From: Thecamonas trahens ATCC 50062
Taxonomy: Eukaryota > Protista > Apusomonadida
Assembly: GCF_000142905.1 (NCBI RefSeq)
Contig: NW_013657619.1
Location: forward strand, 210,905-239,416
DNA: 28,512 bases
Reading direction: 5' to 3'
Position 1 is the first letter of the stretch. The number at the start of each line of letters is the position of its first letter. Made by a program: the position numbers and the translations under genes. Positions 1-10,300 of the stretch are shown piece after piece. The notes below the pieces were generated by a model that saw only the letters and a list, made by a program, of their open reading frames with translations, searched no databases and was not told the origin of the DNA.

Positions 1-2
1 AG

Positions 3-482
3 TGTGCGGAACAGCGACTGGCGAAGCCGATTGGCGATTCGGACTACGGCGAGCTGTGGCGGACTCTCATGGACACCGCGCGCATCGGCGAGCTGGTTGC
101 GCACAAGTCGGCGCTGTGGTCGCCAGATGTCGACAAGTTCAAGGTCAAGGGCGCAGAGTCGCTTGAGGACGCGCTCCAGAAGCATCGCAAGCCCGAGTAC
201 GACTGGAACAAGATGTATGCAACCGTCAAAGCTGACAATGCCACGCTCGGTATGCTGTACCGGGTGATGTGGGCAGGGATGACGAAAGATCGGAAGACGG
301 CGATTGGCTTCCGTTGGCTCGCCATCTTTGGAACCAAGTTTGGGTACTCGGACTCGCCGGTGGTGAAGGACATTGTCGAGGCGATCAAGAGCCTGTGGCG
401 GGTGGGCGAGCTGCGGCGTGCTCGCGAGGAGGAGCAAGGTGGGAGCGAGGAGCCAGCCCCGAAGCGGAGGAAGGGCCTCTAA
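3..482 (+). CDS. 3' part (5'-truncated by window edge) of a hypothetical protein, tandem paralog of the 759-3349/3374 gene; ends in an NLS-like PAPKRRK
   Basis: Frame is open from position 3 (CAEQRLAKPIGDSDYGELWRTLMDTARIGE...) to TAA 480-482. It aligns with KRPIGESEYGELWRTLMDTARIGE...HRKPAYNW...WAGMPKDRMTAI encoded at ~2760-3100, with near-identical DNA around tacggcgagctgtggcggactctcatggacaccgcgcgcatcgg. Confidence 0.85.
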   Translation, partial: CAEQRLAKPIGDSDYGELWRTLMDTARIGELVAHKSALWSPDVDKFKVKGAESLEDALQKHRKPEYDWNKMYATVKADNATLGMLYRVMWAGMTKDRKTAIGFRWLAIFGTKFGYSDSPVVKDIVEAIKSLWRVGELRRAREEEQGGSEEPAPKRRKGL

Positions 483-758
483 CTGTCGCGAGCCTGCCAA
501 TGGCGTCGCAAGTGTATGGTGGATGAAATTTTCTGCTGATTTAGTTTCTACCGGCGAGGGGGTGAGAGGGAGGAGGGGTATGGAGAGGGGGATACACCCA
601 CCCACGTCTCTCTGTAGGGGTGCTGCTAGGTCTTCTCTCGCTTGTCGGCCATAATCTCCTCCTTTCTTGCTTTCTTGCCCATACCCCCCCCCCCCCCCCC
701 CTCCTCAAACACACACTGTGCGACCTATAACCATAGTTGTGCCGCCTTCTCGCCGGAC

Positions 759-3374
759 ATGCCTGGTGCTCGTGTCGTCCGTGACCCACACGACCAAACT
801 TCATCCGGCCTCTTGTCAATGGAAGGCGCAATCAGCGCGACAATCACATCCGACACGCCTATACTTCTCGTAGGCTCACCAGTGTATTCTTCCGTAGCAA
901 GCTCGGGCCCAAACTTGTGGTCGGATTGCGGCGCGTTTCTTGTTTCTCCGGGAGCCACGCCAAGCTCTTCCCAACGTCATTCAACGCCTGACCTTGAATT
1001 CGAGGAAACAGCAGAATTGGCGACCAAATCTCACACCGATACGGAGGAAGATCTACTCACGACTCCTCAGCCGAGCTGTTTACAGCATTCTTGTGGCGAG
1101 AGGCAGACGTGTGGGCAGAGGACCTGTACCGAGCTGGTGGCCCAGAACTCGGAGTTCTGCACCGATCACAAGTGCGCGGTGTGTGTGGGGGGACGGGATG
1201 GGGGCTCGGAGTTCTGCACCGATCACAAGTGCGCGGTGTGCAACAAGCGCGGCCCGGTGTGTGACAGGCATAGGTGCTCGGTTGACGAGTGCACACGGCT
1301 GGGGCTCTCCAAGTGTTTCACGATTAAGAAAAAGTCGCGGACAGCTTACGGTAAGTATTGCGGCTTGCACATGTCGATGGTGGGCGACGGCCATCCAGTG
1401 CCAAAGTTCAACGGCGGATCGGTCTTGATCCGCGAGTGGGGTGGGGCGATCGGGGTGTGGATTGAGAAGCTCGAGGCCGCCGGCGCCAACCAGGTCAACA
1501 GCAGGGTCAAGCTCGAGGAAGTGCTGGAGGAGAACCGAGAGCTGATGGAGCGGGGGGTGACTGTCGACGAGCTGCTGGAGAAATACGAGCCGCTTTGGCG
1601 CCAATGGAAGTACGGTGGTGTCGCCAAGAACGAGGCATGGATTGAGATCGTCACTCAGGCCTCGCAAGACGAGCGGGTAGCGGTGAAGGGCTGGAAGAAG
1701 CGAAAGCTGGTCAATGTGCCCTTGAAGCCGCATCCCCGTAACAACAAGGGATGGCATGGCTGCTTTTACTTTCAGCTCTGGGAGAAGCGCAAGGGGTCCA
1801 AGTCGAACAGCACAACGTCGAGCACGAGCAGCATGGCGACGGGCGCGAGCAGCGCGCCAGCAGGCGAGAGCCGTGCCGTGACGGCCTCGAAACAGCTGGA
1901 GGCGCTCAAAGTCAAGGTGGCGGGGTTTGGCCTGCGAGATGAGTTCGTTGCGACCAACAAGGTGGTGATCAAGTGGCCGAACAGCGTACCGCAAAACTAT
2001 GAGAACAAGCCGGTGTGGATCACGGATTACGAAGACCTTGTGCAGAAAGTCAGGAAGTACGAGAACAGCACCGGGATGAGGCTCCACCCACCAGCGCCAA
2101 TCCGGCTGTCCAGCATCGGTAACATGGACAACATCGTTGGCATTGCCAAGGATATTGGTCTCTGGGCGACGGACCCGATGATGGCCGAGCTGGGACTGGA
2201 GTGGAACACAGACCTGTTTCCCGAGCCGGAAAATGACGGTAGACTGGTCAGTGTGGCGTACCAGAGCCGTCGGATTATGGCGGTGATGATGGTTGTCTAC
2301 GGGTTGCAGGAGGTGAGTCCGAACGGAGCAGACGTCACAAGTGGCGAATACCGGGAGAGCTGGCGGGCGGCGCAGATGCCGCCGACGACGATGGAGGACC
2401 TTGTCAGGTACGGCGCGGTGAAGCGGAAAGACGACGCCCCAGAGAAACTCCAGGAGGAGCTCTGCGCGCACCAGGATTGGCTCGATCTCCTTCTTATGCT
2501 CGACATGTGCCGGTCGATGATGATCAACGAGCTGCGGAGGAAAGTGGTGACGAAGGTGCACTTGGACGAGACGCGGCTTTCCTTGTGGCTGCGTCTGGCA
2601 GCATTTGCCTTTGGCTTTGACTGCGCCAACTGGAACGGACTTACCGGCGGGATGTTCGGCACAGGCACGTACGTCCCGTTCTGGACGACCAAGCTCCCGC
2701 AGCCGTACGTGACTCTCATGCTCATCACACACAAGAAGGATGAAGACATGGAGCTGCTCAAAAGGCCGATTGGTGAGTCGGAGTACGGCGAGCTGTGGCG
2801 GACTCTCATGGACACCGCGCGCATCGGTGAGAGTATTGCCCACACGTCGGCGCTGGCGTCGCCGGGCCTCGAAACCGGCAAGTTCAAGTTCAAGGACCCA
2901 GAAAAGCTGAAGGATACACTCGAGAACCATCGCAAGCCCGCGTACAACTGGGCTGCGATGGATGCGGTCATCGACTCGGACGACACCAAGCTCGAGCAGC
3001 TGTACCAGGCAATCTGGGCGGGGATGCCGAAAGATCGCATGACGGCGATACTTGTTCGCTCACTCTACGTCTTTGGCAAGCAGCTCAAGTATGACGGGGT
3101 GCCGTTCATCGCCGTCCTCCAGACGATGCTCGGCAGCCCGTGTGAGCCGTCGACGACCAGTCGGCCGCGGCAAGTGGCGCCGAGCACGAGCGAGGTCAAC
3201 GACGAGTCGCCTTTGAGAAAGCGGCCGTGCGAGGATGAGAACGTTGGAGGGTCGGACGCGAGAAAAAGCCATCCAAGAGGCGGAAGGGCAACGACGGCAA
3301 GCGGACGAGGCCGTCGCGCCGGAAGAAGGGCAAGGAGGACGCTGAGTAGCCCATGTCACACCTGCGCTATGTAA
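759..3374 (+). CDS. Hypothetical ~870-aa protein with N-terminal Cys/His (C-x-C...C-x2-H) zinc-finger-like repeats; the true C-terminus probably continues in the -1 frame to TAG 3347-3349
   Basis: Long ORF with GC3-biased codons. First ATG is at 759 (the track's 642 start is TTG; ATG 819 is an alternative). Repeats: CGQRTC-x9-CTDH, CAVC-x9-CTDH, CAVC-x6-CDRH, CSVDEC...YCGLH. The C-terminal domain is shared with the upstream paralog. Confidence 0.8.
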   Translation: MPGARVVRDPHDQTSSGLLSMEGAISATITSDTPILLVGSPVYSSVASSGPNLWSDCGAFLVSPGATPSSSQRHSTPDLEFEETAELATKSHTDTEEDLLTTPQPSCLQHSCGERQTCGQRTCTELVAQNSEFCTDHKCAVCVGGRDGGSEFCTDHKCAVCNKRGPVCDRHRCSVDECTRLGLSKCFTIKKKSRTAYGKYCGLHMSMVGDGHPVPKFNGGSVLIREWGGAIGVWIEKLEAAGANQVNSRVKLEEVLEENRELMERGVTVDELLEKYEPLWRQWKYGGVAKNEAWIEIVTQASQDERVAVKGWKKRKLVNVPLKPHPRNNKGWHGCFYFQLWEKRKGSKSNSTTSSTSSMATGASSAPAGESRAVTASKQLEALKVKVAGFGLRDEFVATNKVVIKWPNSVPQNYENKPVWITDYEDLVQKVRKYENSTGMRLHPPAPIRLSSIGNMDNIVGIAKDIGLWATDPMMAELGLEWNTDLFPEPENDGRLVSVAYQSRRIMAVMMVVYGLQEVSPNGADVTSGEYRESWRAAQMPPTTMEDLVRYGAVKRKDDAPEKLQEELCAHQDWLDLLLMLDMCRSMMINELRRKVVTKVHLDETRLSLWLRLAAFAFGFDCANWNGLTGGMFGTGTYVPFWTTKLPQPYVTLMLITHKKDEDMELLKRPIGESEYGELWRTLMDTARIGESIAHTSALASPGLETGKFKFKDPEKLKDTLENHRKPAYNWAAMDAVIDSDDTKLEQLYQAIWAGMPKDRMTAILVRSLYVFGKQLKYDGVPFIAVLQTMLGSPCEPSTTSRPRQVAPSTSEVNDESPLRKRPCEDENVGGSDARKSHPRGGRATTASGRGRRAGRRARRTLSSPCHTCAM
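1148..1240 (+). repeat. Exact 36-bp direct repeat (1148-1183 and 1205-1240) encoding SEFCTDHKCAVC
   Basis: ctcggagttctgcaccgatcacaagtgcgcggtgtg occurs twice with a 57-bp period, in frame. Confidence 0.95.
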
Positions 3375-3412
3375 ACAAGTGCATCAGAGCCTGCTCAATC
3401 GTTGATAGCGGA

Positions 3413-4717
3413 TCAATTGGTGGTGTAATTGGAGAAGAAGCCGCCGAGGCCGATGCCGCCGTCGAGCTCAACAAGGCCGACGAGGAAGCTGGGGAGGTGG
3501 ACGCAGCCGCCTGCCGCTGCAGGCACCTCAGCCGCCACCAAGCAGGCGGTGCCCGGGAGAGAGGCAGCAAGCACGCCCTGGACCATGGCCTGGTACGCCG
3601 CCACGTCTTCGGTCTCGTACTCGGGATCCTCGCCGAGGCCGACGAGGGCGAGCTCGTGGTCACTTGCGGGCCACGACAGGTGGAGCATCGAGAGCGAGGC
3701 AAAGTGGGACGGCGAGGCACCGAGCGCAAGCGCAAGTGCAGGGAGGACAGCCATGGTCGACGCCTCGACGCCTGCCTGGTTCAGGAGCTCCGGCGTGAGG
3801 ACGAGCGGGAGCCATGGCTGCGAGAACATCGAGTCGAGGTAGACTGCCGGTTGCGAGGCGAGGGCGGCGGCGAGGGCGCTGCGGGTGGCGACGGCGGTGC
3901 TGCCGCTGCTGTGGCTGTCGTGATCGACGGCGGCATGGCTCTCCCGGTCCCACACGCCGCACGTCCACACCTCCCACGCCCCGCTAGTCAGCCGCTCTCC
4001 GCCGGCGATCCAATGCGTCCAGTCTGTGGTGTCCGGGACGAGCTCGAGCGGGAAGAGGCGATGGCAGGAGCCGGCGGCGTTGCGGGCGGCAGCATCGGCC
4101 GCCGCCGCACGCTCGGCTGCCCAGTACGACTCGGAAGCTGCGCGGTCGACGGCAGCTTTCCTGGCCTGCTGGGCAATGTCGCCTGCGCGCGCAGCCTCCC
4201 GATCGGCCTGGGCAGCAAGCTGCGCGCGCGACGCCGCCATGCGCTGCTCGACCGAGAGCCGGCGCCAGCACGAGGAGCAGTAGCCGGACGTCCCGCCGTT
4301 GAACGAGCACCCGCCGTAGCAGGCGATGTCGGTTGTCGGAATGCCGGCAGTCGCCTCGGCGTCGGTGAGCGTCTTTTGCCGCTTGGGCGCCTCGCCGGCG
4401 TCGTCGCTTGCGACGCGCTTGCGAGCGCCCGGGCGGAGGGTATCAAGCAGCTGGACATGGCACTGGCCGCCGGGTGAGGCCAAGGCAACATCGACCACCC
4501 GCAGAGAGTCATCGTTGAACTCATCGAGCGAGAACCGGCCATCTGCAGCATAAGCGGCGACAAAGTCGCGGACGGCGTTGTCGGCATGATCTGCGCCGGC
4601 AGCGGCCAGGAGCGCCCGGGCCTCGCCGAGCGTCGTTGTCTCGTCAATCGGAAGAGGCATCCACATTGTGGGAACTCGCGGGATTTGGAGACCGATGTGA
4701 AAGACATGGCTTGACAT
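3413..4717 (-). CDS. 434-aa protein: putative ubiquitin-like N-terminus, bipartite NLS, A20-type zinc finger, Ala-rich helix, unknown C-terminal domain
   Basis: ATG at 4717, TGA at 3413-3415. CYGGCSFNGGTSGYCSSCWR (4265-4321) resembles the A20 finger pattern CxxGCGFxG...CSxCxR with a shorter spacer. RKRVASDDAGEAPKRQK is NLS-like. Confidence 0.8.
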   Translation of the reverse strand: MSSHVFHIGLQIPRVPTMWMPLPIDETTTLGEARALLAAAGADHADNAVRDFVAAYAADGRFSLDEFNDDSLRVVDVALASPGGQCHVQLLDTLRPGARKRVASDDAGEAPKRQKTLTDAEATAGIPTTDIACYGGCSFNGGTSGYCSSCWRRLSVEQRMAASRAQLAAQADREAARAGDIAQQARKAAVDRAASESYWAAERAAAADAAARNAAGSCHRLFPLELVPDTTDWTHWIAGGERLTSGAWEVWTCGVWDRESHAAVDHDSHSSGSTAVATRSALAAALASQPAVYLDSMFSQPWLPLVLTPELLNQAGVEASTMAVLPALALALGASPSHFASLSMLHLSWPASDHELALVGLGEDPEYETEDVAAYQAMVQGVLAASLPGTACLVAAEVPAAAGGCVHLPSFLVGLVELDGGIGLGGFFSNYTTN

Positions 4718-6336
<1,619 letters not shown>

Positions 6337-6354
6337 TCGTACAACAAAGCTTTA

Positions 6355-6976
6355 AAGCGGTTTTTGTCTTACCCTTTTTGCTTGGTAGGGGTGGTTGGCC
6401 ATGCCGCGGTGTCCGTGTACAGCGGGCGATCTTGATCCGAATCGATTTTTTGGTGCGCGTTGCGGCGACGGCCCAGCGAAACCGACCGCCATCGCAGCTG
6501 TTGCTGGGCTTGGACTCGGGCTTGGCGACCGGGGGGGGGCAAGCGATGCTCCTTACTGCGCCAAGAGCTCCGCTGGCGTCGACACAGTCGGCGAGATGAC
6601 GACGAGCGCTCTTTGGGTGCCCCATTCTTACTTTGATCATGGGTGTTCGCGAGCACAAGCGGTTTTTGTCTTACCCTTTTACCTTGGTAGGGGTGGTTGG
6701 CCATGCCGCGGTGTCCGTGTACAGCGCGCGATCATGATCCGAATCGATTTTTTGGTTCGTTTTGCGGCGACGGCCCAGCGAAACCGACCGCCATCGCGCG
6801 CGAAGCAACGAGACCAAGCAACTGTTGCTGGGCTTGGACTCGGGCTTGGCGACCGGGGGGGGCAAGCGATGCTCCTTACTGCACCAAGAGCTCCGCTGGC
6901 GTCGACACAGTCGGCGAGATGACGACGAGCGCTCTTTGGGTGCCCCATTCTTACTTTGATCATGGGTGTTCGCGAG
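6355..6976 (+). repeat. Tandem duplication of a ~300-bp unit (6355-6653 and 6657-6976); copy 2 has ~22 extra bp
   Basis: Both copies start aagcggtttttgtcttaccctttt and end gatcatgggtgttcgcgag, with few substitutions. Copy 2 carries the extra gcgcgaagcaacgagaccaagc. Confidence 0.97.
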
Positions 6977-7305
6977 GACGCGGCTGTAGCTCATGCACAC
7001 GCAGGTCACCGTGCCAACCGGCACAATGTGCTGGCATAGAGGGTCTGGCCATCAAACCAGCGCATTGGCCGGCCAAGTCGGCAACCGAGAGTGTGCCGGG
7101 AGACAGCTCGAAATTGGCGCCGTGCCACTGCTCGCTCCGCACTCGCTCACACCACACTCACACACTCACACACTCCACACCGACAAGACTTCACTCTGCG
7201 CACTCCCGTGCTCCTTCCCCAAGTGCGCAGTCTACGTGAAGCAAGAGCCCGTCTCCCCCCCTCTGCTGTTCCCCCCCGCCTCCCCCCTCGTTCCTCGCTC
7301 TGCGC

Positions 7306-10300
7306 ATGTGGGTTGCCGTTACGCAACGTTGCTGCTTGAGTACGGTCACGATGACGATGATGGCAATGGTTGTCATGGTCACACTCACCAGCACACTGGT
7401 GGTGGTCAAGGGCCAGACGACGCCGACCATTCCTCAGTGTATGCCAGAGCTGCAAGTGGTGAGGAACGCCCTGACAGTCTCCGCCTTTGCTGCTCGTGAC
7501 GTGGCTGTGGGCGATGTGTCCGGCAATGGCTTGCCGGATGTGGTGGCGGCGGCCGAAAATGCCAACGCTATTTTTTGTTTCCCATGACTTCGCCGGGAGT
7601 CTTCTCTCTCCCGCCTGTGACCATCCAGAGCTCTGTCTCGGAAGCGAGATCGGCGACTCTTTATGATTTGAATAGTGATGGCAACATGGATGTTGTCTAC
7701 ACTGCTCCGGGCTCCAACTCGGCGGCGTACAAGCTGAGCACTGGCGGAACATCGTTCGGCGGTCAGGTCAGTTTCCCAACTCCGGCTCTCACCGGAGCGT
7801 GTGCTGCTGCAGTGGCGCAGCTTGACGGCTCGCTTGGCGCTGATGTGGTTGTCTCGGCGCCTGGTGCGTCGGCACTTGTCTGGTTCGCCAACAGCGCGGG
7901 CCCGGTCGCCACGCCGTCGTTTGTGACTCCTGGCTCGTCGGTGGATGCGTCGGCCATGGGAAGCGGCGCGTGTGCGCTCGACTCGGGAGATTTTGACGGC
8001 GATGGTGACGTTGACCTGCTGCTCGGCGGAAGCGTTGGCGGCGGATGGTTCGCCAACGACGGTGCGGGCACCTTTGCCCCTGCGACCATGCTCTACACCG
8101 GCTCGGTCGGCGCGGTTGTCGCCGGCGACGTCGACGCCGACGCCGACATCGATGTGGCCATCGGCTCGGTCGGCGCCGTCCGGGTGTACGTCAACCCGGG
8201 CGACGGCAGCTTTACCGTTGTCACGCTCTCTGTCCCGTTCTCGGCCGTCATCACCTCGCTCGACATGGCCGACTACTCGGGCGACGCCGCGGTCGACATC
8301 ATTGTCGGCTCGCTCACTCCGTCGCGCATTGGCTTCCTGGCCACCGTTGTGCCGGGCGTCTCGTTTGCGTCGTATCTGGACATCTCGACTCAGGCCGACG
8401 GGGTGACCGCTGTTGCCGCCATCGACCTTCTCAACGACGGCGGCGCCGTCGATCTCGTCTCGGCCTCGGTCAACGACGACGCCATTGCCACCTACACCAA
8501 CGCGCCGCTGGTGCCCAAGTACGGCACCGCGCGGGTTGTCTCCACTGCCGTCAATGGCGTGTACTCGGTCGCTGCGGCTGACATTGACGGTGACGGCGAT
8601 GTTGACATTGTCTCGGCCGGCGAGTTCTCCTCGCGCATCGAGTGGTACCCCAACGTCGACGGCAGCGGCCTCTTTGGCCTCGCCAACGTCGTCACCCAGT
8701 CGGCCTCTGCCGCCCGCTTTGTCGTCTGCGCTGACCTCGACGCAGACGGCGACGTCGACATCGCCTCGGCCTCGTCGGGCGACAACACCGTGGCGTGGTA
8801 TCCCAACTCGGACGGCCGCGGCACCTTTACCTCGCGGCTCATCATCTCAGCCGCGGCCTCCTCGGTCCGCTCGCTCGGCCTGGTGGATCTCAACGGCGAC
8901 GGCGCGCTTGACATTCTCGCCGCCGAGCGCGGCGCCAGCCGCGTCGCCGCCTACTACTACCTCGGCTTTGGCGCCTCCTCCTCCGCCTTCTCCGCCGCCA
9001 CTGTCGTCGCTACCGGCGTCGGCGATGCCATCGACGTCGCGGGCGGCGACATTGACAACGACGGCCTGCCCGACGTTGTCGCCGTTGCCGAGGCCGACAA
9101 CAACATCGAGTGGTTCAAGACCCTCCCCGGCGGCATGTCGTGGGGCGCCCCGGTGGCTGTCGGCACCGCAATTGGTCCGCGCGCGGTCGCGGTCGGCGAC
9201 CTTGACGCCGACAACGACCTCGACGTGGCGGTGGCGGCGACCAGCGGCAACGAGCTGCTCTGGTTCCGCAACGACGCGCTCGGCGCGACCTGGACCACGA
9301 CGGTGCTCGACTCGGCGCTTGACGGCGCCCGCGATGTGCTCATCGCCGACCTCGACTCTGACGGTGACCTCGACGTGGCCGCCGTCTCGCTCTTCAACGA
9401 CATTGTGGGCGTGGTCTTCAACAACGGCGGTGGCTCGTTCGCGCCGCTTGTGACGGTCGATAGTGCCTTTGACGGCGCCATCACGCTTGCTGCAGGTGAC
9501 GTCGACGGCGACGGCGATCTTGACCTTGTCTCGGGCGCCATCTCAGTCGACACCGTCGCCTGGTTCTCCTTCCTCCGCCGCACCTCGTCGTTTGTCTACG
9601 CGCCGGCGTCGCGGGCGGTGGCCATCGGCTCTACGCCGACCACGCCGGCGTGGTGGGATTGCCAGCGGTCGTCGGTGCGGTGCCTTCTCGCCCACGCCTC
9701 GTCGGCCTCGCGCTGCGTCACCGACACCCTCGTCGTCCCGCCGGACACCACCTTTACCACCTGCCTCGCCGACGGCCACGCCCGCATCACCTACCCGCTG
9801 GTCGTCTCTTCCGCCTCCGGCGCCACCATCAACTGCTCCGCCACCGGCGGCGGCGTCCTCTTTGACGTCGGCCCGCACCCGCTGCCGACCGTCCCGCTCG
9901 CCGGCGCGCTCACCCTTGACAACATCGATGTCATCGGCATGACCACAGCCGCCGCCGCCCTCGACGGCGCCCCGGGCCTCCGTGTCGTCGGCAGCGGCGC
10001 CTCGCTCACCCTCCGCAACGCCACCGTGAGCGACGCGTCGTCGAGCTCCGGCTCGGGCTTGGCCTCGGTCCGCGCCACCGACATCGGCCGCGGCGGCGCG
10101 CTGCTCGTCGCCTCGGGCGGCGTTGTCGACGCTACCCACTGCGTCTTCCGCAGCAGCTCGGCGAGCGAGCACGGTGGCGCCATCGCCATCCGCGACCCGG
10201 GCTCAAAGCTGATGCTCAACGAGTCCCGCGTCGAGGGCTGCTCCGCGCCGCGCGGCGGCGGCGTGTACGCCTCGAGCGGCGCGGCCGTCTCAAGCGCTAG

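Noticed and set aside
1080-2930. 616-aa minus-strand ORF, and other long antisense ORFs such as 5113-6033, 10290-11627 and 3353-4477
   Set aside because: These are shadow ORFs caused by high GC3 codon bias of the real genes on the opposite strand or frame; they show no recognisable domains.
6355-6976. U1/U2/U5 snRNA, tRNA-derived SINE or 5S gene
   Set aside because: It lacks the invariant U1 ACTTACCTG, U2 GTGTAGTA and U5 GCCTTTTAC sequences, and has no clear A/B boxes or cloverleaf.
7578-7587. T TTC CCA TGA as a programmed -1 slippery site
   Set aside because: It fits X XXY YYZ only with non-canonical Y=C; the adjacent T6 run makes a one-base sequencing error more likely.
7510-9560. Integrin alpha subunit
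   Set aside because: It has 14 rather than 7 repeats, no single TM with a GFFKR-like tail, and ends in a polytopic membrane domain.
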